Assembly: GCA_964576385.1 (NCBI GenBank)
Contig: CAZNUS010000001.1
Coordinates: 30,668-94,311, forward strand
Source of the DNA: an uncultured Methanosarcinales archaeon
GTDB taxonomy: Archaea; Nanobdellota; Nanobdellia; Woesearchaeales; GW2011-AR9
Reading direction: 5' to 3'
DNA: 63,644 nucleotides
The notes beneath the pieces are model-generated. The model was not told the DNA's origin. It did not search any database and saw only the letters and a list, made by a program, of their open reading frames with translations. This document shows positions 1 to 9,293 of this stretch, in pieces. A program made the position numbers and the translations under genes. Positions within the stretch are counted from its first letter, which is position 1. Every line of letters starts with the position of its first letter.

Positions 1-29
1 AATTATTCTTTTCAATAAGTATTCCTAGA

Positions 30-1610
30 GTGGTGAGTAGATGTTTTAACACTATGCCATTTCCACCAGAATCTAGAGCAATATATACTCATTTAATGTC
101 TAGTCGTCGACAGCATAATCCTAAGATTAAAGCATATCATATTGCTTTAGCATCTATGGAATGGGCAGAGAATAGTCCTTATGGTTTTGAAGATAATTTG
201 TTAACGGGTAATTATGCTGCTTGGCCCCATGAGGTCCACTCTGGAAAGATTCAGAGATATAACTGTACTACAATAATTCCTGAAGTATACTTGCAATTAG
301 AAGAGTTTGGGTTAAAGCCAGAGATCGTGCAATTCGTACATTGCCGGACTAAGAAATGCGGGGAGAAAGAGTACTCTGTTGAATCGCATTTTGCAGTAAT
401 TGTAGACCTAGGAAAACCGCAGCCTTATTTAATAGACCCTTTTCAACACCTCTTTGGGCCAATTCATCAAAGAGGGAAGCATTTCATGAGGGTTGGCAGG
501 CGTTTGGATTATCCTCCAGCTACTAGGGAATACTCTCAACTGCTGACGTATTCTGAGGAAGAGTTTGTTGCATTAATGGAACGAATGCGTGATCCGGCAG
601 ATTCCTTGGATATGTTGGTAGCAGGCCAGAAACTGTATAAGCACCGGGATGTTCGGAACGTTAAATGCGGATTAATGGTGTATTATGATGATTTTACTAA
701 TGTAATAAGCACACGATCGAATATCCCTCAGGTAGCGCGCCAAAGTAAGCTGATTCGTTATATCCTTCCTGCTACAGAAGAAGGAGAATTTCAAGAAGGT
801 CGTTTCGAATTATCTTATGCTGAAGGACAAATTGGGTGGAAGGAAGTACAAGGAGAAGTAACGTTAGCTCGTTTAGATCATACAGAAATACAGCGATTAA
901 GCAGGTTATGCAGAAAATCAGTTTATCAAAGTTCCCGTCTTGGTCATTGGTTGGATCATTTAGACAAATCTTCTGAAAGCACTTCTGCTGATAAACATAG
1001 AAGGGACGAATTATATTCTTTAGCTGAACTGTTATGGGGCCGTCTTACTGCTAAGGAAAAAGCAGATGTAGAACCTAAAGTTTTAGCTAGAACTATTTAT
1101 GAAGGAACACATGTGGAACGAGAGCATCATTTTTCAGAAGTTGATCATAAGAAGCGGCTGGTAGGCCTTTTACAACATGTGCGTGAACTCGATTCTCTAA
1201 AAAGTAACTTACTCGGACAACTTCATGATCATAATTGGAAAATAGATCGTCTTCCTTTAGAGGAATCGCGTCGTGTACGCTCCCAATATCAGAAGATTCT
1301 CCGAGAAGAAGAGACTATTGATGAATCGTTAAGGGAGATAAAGGATTTGTATTATTACCGTAGAAAAGAACATGATAGAGTTATGGACCAAGTATTGTTT
1401 GCGGAGCATTTGCGTCCTCTTTCTTTGGAACAAAGAAAAAAAGTATTAACAGAGCAAGGATTAGATTTTCGTCTGGGGTATATTGCTATGGTTGGTGATT
1501 TCTTACCATATCTCTCTGGTTTGAAGAGGGAGATGCAACTAGAACTATTTCGTTCTAATCTTACCGAAAAGATCAAAGCGAGAAGAGCCAAAAGGAATGC
1601 AAAAGTATAA
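30..1610 (+). CDS. orphan hypothetical protein; possible N-terminal Cys-His-Asp (NAT/transglutaminase-like) fold and a helical, coiled-coil-like C-terminal half
   Basis: Long uninterrupted ORF. The track start at 30 is GTG; the first ATG is at 54. The pattern RYNCTT...SHFAVIVD...YLIDPF resembles a Cys/His/Asp papain-like triad. The C-terminal 200 aa are rich in charged heptad-like sequence. No family was recognised with confidence. Confidence 0.4.
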   Translation: MVSRCFNTMPFPPESRAIYTHLMSSRRQHNPKIKAYHIALASMEWAENSPYGFEDNLLTGNYAAWPHEVHSGKIQRYNCTTIIPEVYLQLEEFGLKPEIVQFVHCRTKKCGEKEYSVESHFAVIVDLGKPQPYLIDPFQHLFGPIHQRGKHFMRVGRRLDYPPATREYSQLLTYSEEEFVALMERMRDPADSLDMLVAGQKLYKHRDVRNVKCGLMVYYDDFTNVISTRSNIPQVARQSKLIRYILPATEEGEFQEGRFELSYAEGQIGWKEVQGEVTLARLDHTEIQRLSRLCRKSVYQSSRLGHWLDHLDKSSESTSADKHRRDELYSLAELLWGRLTAKEKADVEPKVLARTIYEGTHVEREHHFSEVDHKKRLVGLLQHVRELDSLKSNLLGQLHDHNWKIDRLPLEESRRVRSQYQKILREEETIDESLREIKDLYYYRRKEHDRVMDQVLFAEHLRPLSLEQRKKVLTEQGLDFRLGYIAMVGDFLPYLSGLKREMQLELFRSNLTEKIKARRAKRNAKV

Positions 1611-1650
1611 TTCAGATGAAAGCTAAGTAGGATCATTTTGTTTTTATTAT

Positions 1651-2358
1651 TCACATTCTGGTGCATATCCCTTCCAATCCTTTACGGCAGCGTTCTGTAG
1701 TTTGTTCTAAGATTGGGAAATATGTTCTTGCAAGATTACTCTTCCCCTTTTCTAATTCATCAATGCATTCATAAGGAGAAGACAATGTACAAGTATCACA
1801 GACGCCAGCGTTCATATACCTAGAAAACTGAGCATGATCAAAACATCTTCCCTTACGATCTAAACCTATGGTAACGCTAGCAAAATCACATCCATCTTTT
1901 CTGTAAATATGCCCATTACTTAATCCTCTTCTTATTTTTAAGGCAATGTTTAACTCTGGAGGAATTGTATGAAGCGGACCTTCAGAAGTTACTACTTGAG
2001 CTGCGGCATCATATATCTCTGGACCAATAGTATAACCTCTGATGCTATTAATAAAAATACACACCCAAATGCCATTCAGATACGTGAACACTCCATCTTG
2101 TTGAGCTAATCCATCTCGTACACTAATTTGTGGTTGCAATGAGTATGCAGAAGATAATGCGTCTATTCCATAATCATTTACCACAAATTCTAGATCATCG
2201 CTCCTGCCCCGTAATCTTTGAAATCCAGTTACCTGTGGTAACACTGCTCCTCCTCCGAGTAGAAGAATATTCCTAGGGGAAATCGAACAAACACTACTTG
2301 CCACTTGTAATATTTCTGCTTCACTAAAAATATTAAATTTTTTTATTGCTGGAGGCAT
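1651..2358 (-). CDS. nucleotidyltransferase-fold protein, AbiEii/DUF1814-like
   Basis: The motif LLLGGGAVLPQVTGFQRLRGRSDDLEFVV fits the pol-beta NTase signature hG[GS]-x(n)-[DE]h[DE]h and the AbiEii pattern R-x-S-[ED]-D-[IL]-[DE]-[LF]. The C-terminus is Cys-rich. The gene is convergent with the 30-1610 ORF. Confidence 0.4.
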   Translation of the reverse strand: MPPAIKKFNIFSEAEILQVASSVCSISPRNILLLGGGAVLPQVTGFQRLRGRSDDLEFVVNDYGIDALSSAYSLQPQISVRDGLAQQDGVFTYLNGIWVCIFINSIRGYTIGPEIYDAAAQVVTSEGPLHTIPPELNIALKIRRGLSNGHIYRKDGCDFASVTIGLDRKGRCFDHAQFSRYMNAGVCDTCTLSSPYECIDELEKGKSNLARTYFPILEQTTERCRKGLEGICTRM

Positions 2359-2386
2359 TTTCTTAGGAACTTATATCATTCTATTT

Positions 2387-2583
2387 TATAGTTGCGGACA
2401 TAAATAATTGAATAATTAATCCCCGCAACTATACAAGAAAACAAACAACGATTTGTTTTCTGTACAAAAATGAAGTAGTTTCTTCATTTTTTGTATCTAA
2501 AGGACATAACTATTCTTTCCGTAAGGAAAGTCACGAACGAAACAAAGTGGAGTGACTTGATGATATGATTATTTATGTCCTTT
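2387..2583. repeat. cluster of four adjacent or nested palindromic modules (families G/E, copy 1)
   Basis: Four hairpins are present. The first is TATAGTTGCGG...CCGCAACTATA (2387-2433). The second is GAAAACAAA-CAACGA-TTTGTTTTC (2437-2460). The third is GTACAAAAATGAAG-TAGTTT-CTTCATTTTTTGTAT (2462-2496). The fourth is AAAGGACATAA...TTATGTCCTTT (2499-2583), which encloses two inner hairpins (CTTTCC-GTAA-GGAAAG and AGTCAC...GTGACT). Confidence 0.85.
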
Positions 2584-2842
2584 ACTATATAAGGTTTTAA
2601 GCTATCTGTAGGGACCTGTGAATAACCTTTATTAAAATATTATTCAACAATTTAATGTTTTATTCCACTTGCCATAAACCATCAGCTTAACCAGAAGTTG
2701 ATAAGTATTTCACAGATTATTACTCTAAGGTAACCATTACCACTCGAAGGTTTTTAATTATCCGTTATTTCTTACACAATCAAAACAATTTCTCCTGTCT
2801 AAATCCATAATCTTTATAAAAGAGCAGTCAAACAAGAAAAGA

Positions 2843-3601
2843 ATGCCCTTTTTAGACTCTATGTTGAATCCAGTACTCCTGCCGTTACTAAAGTTAGGTC
2901 CATTTTTTACCATATTCGTCCTTTCTTTTATCATCTCGCTAATCATTGTTTTAGTTTACAAATATTTCACTAATCAAGAAGAGATGAAACGGTTAAAAGA
3001 ACTACAGAAAGAGTATACGCAGAAGATAAAGGGATTAAAGGACAAGCCAGAAGAGATGATGAGAATACAGAAAGAAGCGATGCAGTCCAATTTTCAATAT
3101 ATGAAGCACTCTTTTAAAGCTACCCTTATTACTATGCTGCCGGTTCTTCTGTTGTTCGGCTGGATGAATGGGCATTTGGCTTACGAACCAATCTTTCCAG
3201 AAGAAAATTACAGTCTTACCGCTAAGTTTGCAGAGGGGACAACTGGAGAAGCAGAATTAATCGTTGCTGAAGGAACAGAGTTGTTGAGCGAAGTGAAACA
3301 ACCGATAAATAGCGAAGCCAATTGGCGTTTGAAGAGTAAAGAAGGCGACCATCAATTAACCGTAAAAGTAGGGAAGGAAGAACAAAGCAAGAATGTCCTT
3401 ATCACGAAAGAGCTAAAATATGAAGAGTCAATCTCTTTTTATGAAAATTCCGCAATTAGCAGTATCCAAATAAATTATAATAAGCTAAGGCCGTTAGGTG
3501 GATTTTCTATGTTTGGCTGGCAGCCAGGTTGGTTGGGAATTTATATTATACTTTCCATTATCTTTAGCATCGGGTTACGAAAAGTGTTTAACGTTTATTA
3601 A
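2843..3601 (+). CDS. DUF106 / archaeal YidC-Oxa1-like (EMC3/TMCO1-type) membrane insertase homologue
   Basis: An N-terminal TM segment is followed by a K/E-rich coiled segment (EEMKRLKELQKEY...KPEEMMRIQKEAM) and then further TM segments. This is the typical DUF106 layout. Confidence 0.55.
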   Translation: MPFLDSMLNPVLLPLLKLGPFFTIFVLSFIISLIIVLVYKYFTNQEEMKRLKELQKEYTQKIKGLKDKPEEMMRIQKEAMQSNFQYMKHSFKATLITMLPVLLLFGWMNGHLAYEPIFPEENYSLTAKFAEGTTGEAELIVAEGTELLSEVKQPINSEANWRLKSKEGDHQLTVKVGKEEQSKNVLITKELKYEESISFYENSAISSIQINYNKLRPLGGFSMFGWQPGWLGIYIILSIIFSIGLRKVFNVY

Positions 3602-3611
3602 AAAAATAAAA

Positions 3612-4646
3612 ATGGGGGTTTTAAAAATGAATGAACATCAAGAACAACATCATGCTCCTGAGCATGCCGACTCCAGTAAAGCACCAACAAATAAGTTGGA
3701 TTATTGGAAAATTGGAACTTTAGTATTGGGGATACTATTGGTTGTATCAGTATTTACTAACGGGTTTAATCTTATCAGCGGACTTTCTGAAAAAGAAGCC
3801 AGCAGCAAAGCGCTTACATTTGTTAATCAAAATCTTCTGCAAGGGCAGGCAGTAGCTGAGTTAGGGGATACTAATGAAGAAGCTGGTCTTTACAGTATGG
3901 AACTAACTGTTTCAGGAAGAAAAATTACTGGATATGTTACTAAAGATGGAAAATTATTTTTTCCTCAGGCAATAAACCTAGATCAAGACCCTTCCTTACT
4001 GAACCAACAACAGCAGGCTCAACAAGCTCCGGTAGAAGTGCCTAAATCAGCTAAACCAGAAGTTGAATTATATGTCTTTACTTACTGTCCTTATGGCTTG
4101 CAGATGGAAAAAGCAGCAGCTCCCGTGGTTAAATTATTAGGCAATAAGATGGACTTCAAAATCCGCCAGATTGGAGCAATGCATGGTCCTTATGAAGAGA
4201 AAGAAGCAAAGCGACAGCTTTGTATCAATAAGTTATATCCTAAAAAGTTTTGGGACTATTTAACATACTTTGCTATAGATTCCGATATCGGGAACTGTCG
4301 TGGCGATGATACTTGTGTTAATCCTTTAATCAATAAGCTTTACAATAAGCTTAGTATTGATGGTTCAAAAGTAGATGCTTGCATGAATAAAGATGGAGCT
4401 TCTTTATACGCTGCTGAGGAAAGTAATTCTCAGCAGAATAGCGTAGGTGGATCGCCTACAATGATAATTAATGGAGTGCAATCCTCTGTAGCTAGAAATC
4501 CAGAAGCGATTAAACAAGCTATTTGTTCTGCCTTTAGCACTGAACCATCAGAATGTCAACAAACGTTAAGCTCTGATAGTGCTTCTCCTGGGTTTGGCTC
4601 AAGCACAGGTGCAGATGCTGCCGCAGCTGCCAGTTGTGGTATCTAA
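3612..4646 (+). CDS. membrane-anchored thioredoxin-fold (DsbA-like) protein with a CPYG motif
   Basis: The start was refined to the ATG at 3612 because the track start overlaps the upstream gene; an ATG at 3627 is also possible. There is an N-terminal TM anchor. YVFTYCPYGLQME sits where the DsbA CxxC normally lies. Many paired Cys residues occur in the C-terminal half. Confidence 0.45.
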   Translation: MGVLKMNEHQEQHHAPEHADSSKAPTNKLDYWKIGTLVLGILLVVSVFTNGFNLISGLSEKEASSKALTFVNQNLLQGQAVAELGDTNEEAGLYSMELTVSGRKITGYVTKDGKLFFPQAINLDQDPSLLNQQQQAQQAPVEVPKSAKPEVELYVFTYCPYGLQMEKAAAPVVKLLGNKMDFKIRQIGAMHGPYEEKEAKRQLCINKLYPKKFWDYLTYFAIDSDIGNCRGDDTCVNPLINKLYNKLSIDGSKVDACMNKDGASLYAAEESNSQQNSVGGSPTMIINGVQSSVARNPEAIKQAICSAFSTEPSECQQTLSSDSASPGFGSSTGADAAAAASCGI

Positions 4647-4778
4647 TTTTAAACATCTTTTCTTTTTATTTTTTTAAAATTTTTCTCAACATTAATCTTT
4701 GTCTTAATATCAATTTTAGTTAAATATTTATATAACTGGAACTATTCTACCCTAATGTTTAAAAAAGAGGAAGGCAGT

Positions 4779-7076
4779 ATGGTCATTTCTGTTCCAGGTT
4801 TAATTCCAGGGCTAATTTTATTTAGTCTGTTGATAATACTTAGTTCATCCTCTTCTGCGGAGATAGATTTAGATGCTAGCTTGCGATGGGCTCAAGAGAA
4901 TTATGTAGGGACAGATTTACCAAAAGGCGCTTCTTCCCTGCTTAAAAATGAACGGATTATTTTGTACGTTGAGGATAAAGAATGGGTTTTAAATGGAATA
5001 ACAAAGGATGGTAACGTTAAAAGTATTGGCAAAGGGGAACTAGACCATCCTACATTGCTTATTTACACCACTACAACTACCATTGAAGAAATATTATCAT
5101 CCCAAGATCAGATACGGGCTTTTATTGATGCTAAGAAAGGAGATAAAATAAGATTGCATCCTCTCGGTGTAGTTAGAACTGTTAAATTTTCTATTGCTTC
5201 CTTGCTCACCATATTCTTTGGAAACGATGATTCCATCCCGAAATCGGTTAATGAAGATTTGCCTGAAGATGTTCCTGAAAAAAATGTAAAACGGCGCCTG
5301 TATTCCGATACTGTCCGTCCTCTTCCCGAACCTAAGCCTCAGCAGTTGGAACCGCAATATATAACAGAAAGTGAAGAGACTGAAGAAACTGAAAACATCC
5401 CTTGTGAAACGATTGGTGATTGCTCTGATGGAAAGCCATTATGTTTTGACGGATTCTGCCGTACCCTTGATGAATTTATCGTATTAGCTAATTCCTGTGA
5501 TACTATCGAAGATTGTAGAGATGGTCAAATATGCGAAAGTAACAGATGTGTTAATGAGAGCATTCCTGAAGAAGATAGCGATGAGATAGCTTGTGAAGAT
5601 GTTGGCGATTGTCCTAGTGAGAAACCGTTCTGTCAAGGAAATATCTGTGTAAGCCTTTCTGAAGTTATCGCTGCTTCTAATTATTGTGAAACTACCGAAG
5701 ATTGCGCAGAGAATGAAGTCTGCAAAAATAATAGATGCGCTTCCTATGCTCCTCTTGGTTGGTACGCTCAGATATGTGAACTTGATGAAGATTGCCGTGA
5801 AGGCATGATTTGTAGTGACGGAAGATGTGCTATTCCTGTAGAGCCAGAAAATCCAGAAGAGCCAGATCTAGTAGGGCCTGAAAGTGAAGGAACAACATAT
5901 TCTTCTTGTGATTCTGATGAAGCGTGTGCTGCGGATGAAATTTGTGTAGCATCGGTATGTATTGTTGGTTATAGATCCTGTGATACTTCTGAAGATTGCA
6001 TAGAAGGTAAAATCTGCAGGGACGAAAAATGTGTGGCTTTAAGAGCAGTACCGCCTCCACAAGAACGTAGCGTTGGAGAAAGGATAAGAACTCTTTTTAG
6101 GACTATTTTTAGACAAGAGCCCATACCATATGGTGATGATGTTCGACCTCAAGAAGGAGATTTATGTGCACAGAATGATCGGTATAATAATGGGGTTTGT
6201 GATGAGGATTGCCCAAATCCTGATCCTGACTGTGAAGAAGCAGAAGATTGTGATAATACTATCGATGATGATGGAGACGATAGGATTGATTGCCGTGATT
6301 CAGACTGTGATTCAATAAGAAGGGATAGTGATAGAAAACGTTGCCAATATCGTATAGAAAGCAGGTGCTCTGATGATTTTGATAACGATGCAGATGGGTT
6401 TACTGATTGTGCCGATACTGATTGTGAAGACAACGATGCTTGCGCAGAACCAGAAGTTCCCGATATTTCTACGCTAGGATGGGGTGAGTTTGACCATTGT
6501 AAAAGAAGGTTATTAATTATTAATGATCTACAAACCTGTATAGGTAGTGGTTATCTCTTAAGCAATAAAGTGATAGCAGTGCGCATAGGGCCGGTAGGTG
6601 CAGATTTAACTCCTTTAGATTATGAGGTTTTAGAGCAGGATGGGGAATATGGCAGGTCAGCAAGATTATGTTCTAGCTTACAAACAATTGATCCAGTAAA
6701 CACCTTAGCAACAGCTAATGCTTCGGAGTTATATGACCAAGAAGGTTGTCCTGTTGATGGAACATATGAAGGAGTAAATGTAGGATACAGATATTTTGAT
6801 ATTCCCGTGGATGAAGATTCTACTGTTCCTATCACCTATGATCTGCAGATCAATTTTGGCAGGACAGAAGAATGTGTAGCTGGAGGGGACAAGAAAAAAT
6901 TTGAGAATAATATAAATTGCTGCGGCTATGGATCGTTAAAGAGTTTTCGAGTTCCTATAGAAAATCATGGAATAAACAAAGCTTTCTTTTTAAGATTAAG
7001 CTCAGTAGTTCCTGCTTGCGATTATTATGAATCTGCTCAGTGCAGCGTACCTAGCCTTTCCACGTGCGTAAGCTAA
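4779..7076 (+). CDS. secreted Cys-rich repeat protein (seven 6-Cys modules plus Asp-rich Cys motifs), putative surface adhesin
   Basis: An SD-like AGAGGAAGG lies 5-13 nt upstream of the ATG at 4779. A signal peptide is present (LILFSLLIILSSSSSA). There are seven repeats of C-[ED]-T/D-x-E/G-D-C-x3-5-C-x4-5-C. These are followed by CDNTIDDDGDDRIDCRDSDCD and CSDDFDNDADGFTDCADTDCEDNDAC, which look like metal- or Ca-binding Cys/Asp motifs. Confidence 0.7.
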   Translation: MVISVPGLIPGLILFSLLIILSSSSSAEIDLDASLRWAQENYVGTDLPKGASSLLKNERIILYVEDKEWVLNGITKDGNVKSIGKGELDHPTLLIYTTTTTIEEILSSQDQIRAFIDAKKGDKIRLHPLGVVRTVKFSIASLLTIFFGNDDSIPKSVNEDLPEDVPEKNVKRRLYSDTVRPLPEPKPQQLEPQYITESEETEETENIPCETIGDCSDGKPLCFDGFCRTLDEFIVLANSCDTIEDCRDGQICESNRCVNESIPEEDSDEIACEDVGDCPSEKPFCQGNICVSLSEVIAASNYCETTEDCAENEVCKNNRCASYAPLGWYAQICELDEDCREGMICSDGRCAIPVEPENPEEPDLVGPESEGTTYSSCDSDEACAADEICVASVCIVGYRSCDTSEDCIEGKICRDEKCVALRAVPPPQERSVGERIRTLFRTIFRQEPIPYGDDVRPQEGDLCAQNDRYNNGVCDEDCPNPDPDCEEAEDCDNTIDDDGDDRIDCRDSDCDSIRRDSDRKRCQYRIESRCSDDFDNDADGFTDCADTDCEDNDACAEPEVPDISTLGWGEFDHCKRRLLIINDLQTCIGSGYLLSNKVIAVRIGPVGADLTPLDYEVLEQDGEYGRSARLCSSLQTIDPVNTLATANASELYDQEGCPVDGTYEGVNVGYRYFDIPVDEDSTVPITYDLQINFGRTEECVAGGDKKKFENNINCCGYGSLKSFRVPIENHGINKAFFLRLSSVVPACDYYESAQCSVPSLSTCVS

Positions 7077-7208
7077 TTTTCTCAGTTTTTTATAGTGATT
7101 ATTCAGCTGAGCAAATAACAATTTCTTGGCATAACCTTTATAAATAATCCTCGTTCTAATCCTTAAATCCTTAAAGGGATAAACTAAAAGACATATGTGT
7201 CTTTTATA

Positions 7209-7258
7209 TATAGCAACCACTAATTATTTAACAATAATTAAGGGTGGTAGTTGCTATA
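7209..7258. repeat. palindromic module (family G, copy 2)
   Basis: The sequence is TATAGCAACCAC-TAATTATTTAACAATAATTAAG-GGTGGTAGTTGCTATA. It shares the TATAG...CTATA ends and the AATAATTAA loop with 2387-2433, but the stem sequences differ while keeping pairing. Confidence 0.75.
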
Positions 7259-7394
7259 AATCTGGAGGCGACTCGGATCACTTGTTCTGAGCAGCATTCA
7301 TTTTTTAGCATATCTTAAAATTCACAAGACAGGAAATATAGGCTAATCATTAAAGCTTATAAATAGGATATACAAATCATATTTTGAGGTAAAC

Positions 7395-7667
7395 ATGCCA
7401 GCAGGAAAGCATAAATCGGGAAGATACAGAAAAATATTTGTGAGAACACCAGGAAGCAGGACGGTTATCCATTATCGTGAACGAAAGCCTTCCCGGGCTA
7501 AATGCGCTTTATGCAAAGGTATTTTAGCTGGTGTGCCTAGGGAAATGTCCAGCACCATGCGCAATATTTCTAAATCTGCTAAAAAGCCGGAACGGCCCTA
7601 TGGCGGATACCTCTGTTCTGCCTGTACTAAGCAATTACTAATAGAAAAAGCGAGGGGAAGGAAATGA
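7395..7667 (+). CDS. rpl34e: 50S ribosomal protein L34e
   Basis: GRYRKIFVRTPGSRTVIHYRERKPSRAKCALCKG is the characteristic L34e N-terminus. An SD GAGGT lies 5 nt upstream of the ATG. Confidence 0.9.
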   Translation: MPAGKHKSGRYRKIFVRTPGSRTVIHYRERKPSRAKCALCKGILAGVPREMSSTMRNISKSAKKPERPYGGYLCSACTKQLLIEKARGRK

Positions 7668-8047
7668 GTTTATTTACTGTCGGAAGATTATGTGTAAAGA
7701 CTGCCGGTAGGGATGCAGGAAAAGAATGTGTTGTAGTTGAACAATTAGATAATACCTATGTATTAGTTGATGGCGGAGTTCGCCGAAAAAAAGTAAACCT
7801 TAAGCATTTAGAGCCGTTATCTGAAGTAGTAGAGCTAAAGAAAGGAGCTTCGCATGAAGAGGTTACCAAATTATTTTCTAAGTTAAATCTTCCGGTGTGG
7901 GATCATAACAGTAAATCTGTTTCCGAGAGACCAAAGAAACAGAAAAAGAAATCAGAAGAGAATACTGGAGCTAAGGGAAAGCAGGCTAAAGAAAAAGGTG
8001 CTGAAGAGAAGAAAGCTGTAGAGAAAAAAGCTGTAGAAAAAATTTAG
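7664..8047 (+). CDS. rpl14e: 50S ribosomal protein L14e (KOW domain) with a Lys/Glu-rich C-terminal tail
   Basis: GRLCVKTAGRDAGKECVVV...DGGVRRKKVNLKHLEP is present. A 4-nt ATGA overlap with rpl34e indicates translational coupling. The tail contains KKAVEKKAVEK repeats. Confidence 0.85.
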   Translation: MSLFTVGRLCVKTAGRDAGKECVVVEQLDNTYVLVDGGVRRKKVNLKHLEPLSEVVELKKGASHEEVTKLFSKLNLPVWDHNSKSVSERPKKQKKKSEENTGAKGKQAKEKGAEEKKAVEKKAVEKI

Positions 8048-8114
8048 GCAGTTTATTTTCGTTAAACATTCACTGTTATAACAGTTTAAAGTAGGTGTTT
8101 CTGGTAGGAGAGCT

Positions 8115-9182
8115 ATGCTATTACAAGAATTAACGTTATGCTTATCAAGTTTGGCAGTGGGGTTTACTCGAGGATATCTTTTAGATCGTCATTCTGGCTG
8201 GATTGTTGAGCTTGATGCAGATAGTTTAGGTTTAGCCATGGAGAATAATCTTTCTGAACAGAGTAAGTTGCAAACAGTTCATGTTGATATTGGTAAGGCA
8301 TATCGCTCTGATAATCATCGAATGGCTGCCGGAGATCTATCACTTTTAACAGCTTTTAGCATTTTTGCGCCGTTGGCTTCAGGAGTACCTCCTGTTGATA
8401 CCCCAATGATCTGGAGTATCTCTGCTTTAGCAGCAGGATTATCATATCTAACTGGAAAGTTTGTCGGTGAGAATGTAAGCCGGCTGATAAGAAATAGTGT
8501 TGATTTAACTGCTCAAGAAGAGGAAGATTTAGAGAAAAGAGTACGTTCCTTTAAGGAGAAAGCTCTTCAAGGTGCTCCTGTTGATTCAGATTTAAAGGAA
8601 TTATCTGATTATTGTCTTCGTCTTGGTCTTGAAACAAGGAATTCTCAAACGTTCAGAAAAATGATTTATCAATCAAGAGATTTATTTTCTTACAGCAGGG
8701 CTTGTAATGCCAGTAGGCTATTTCTTAGCGATGATTTACCGGACTACTTAGGTGTAGTAGAGAATAGGCCTTCTGCTAAAGGCAATCGTGCTCATGCCCT
8801 TGTCAGATTAGGTGAAGTGTACTACCGATTAGATCTGGAGATGCCTTTACAATGCTTTTACTCCTTAACTGAGTCTCTTGCTTCTAATGAATCATTTAAA
8901 GAATCATCTAAAGAAGCACATGAACAAATAATTGTAGAGAGACTTCCAGAGTATCGGTTAAATGTTGTTGTTTCCACCATAGATCAACCGGCTATGTCTG
9001 ACGTTGTCTCTTTTCTTCACACCGATTTAGCTGATTGTAATTATAAACGCTATCTTATATCTGGTACAAATCATTTTTCCATAAACGAGACTGTTAAAAT
9101 AGTAGAACAACAATTTATAGATTATTTAGGAGTGCAAATAATTAGCCGTAGTGATTTAGGTACAGAAAGAGTTCTTCACTAA
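8115..9182 (+). CDS. orphan hypothetical protein
   Basis: Uninterrupted 355-aa ORF with AGGAG upstream. No recognisable motif. The composition (R, L, S, D rich; few K or N) differs from the neighbouring housekeeping proteins. Confidence 0.5.
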   Translation: MLLQELTLCLSSLAVGFTRGYLLDRHSGWIVELDADSLGLAMENNLSEQSKLQTVHVDIGKAYRSDNHRMAAGDLSLLTAFSIFAPLASGVPPVDTPMIWSISALAAGLSYLTGKFVGENVSRLIRNSVDLTAQEEEDLEKRVRSFKEKALQGAPVDSDLKELSDYCLRLGLETRNSQTFRKMIYQSRDLFSYSRACNASRLFLSDDLPDYLGVVENRPSAKGNRAHALVRLGEVYYRLDLEMPLQCFYSLTESLASNESFKESSKEAHEQIIVERLPEYRLNVVVSTIDQPAMSDVVSFLHTDLADCNYKRYLISGTNHFSINETVKIVEQQFIDYLGVQIISRSDLGTERVLH

Positions 9183-9293
9183 CCAGATAGTGTCTTGTGG
9201 TAAGATAAGGCTGGTATTTATAGCGGCGGAAGTAAATATGCGTAGTTTATCTGGCGCTATATCCAGAGGAAATTACTCTTAGATATCCGAATA

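Noticed and set aside
2511-2556. AAGGAAAGTCAC, resembling the RNase P RNA CR-I motif (GAGGAAAGUCC)
   Set aside because: The match is short and lies inside the loop of a nested palindromic module. Other RNase P conserved regions were not seen nearby, and the region is far too AT-rich and too hairpin-repetitive for a P RNA.
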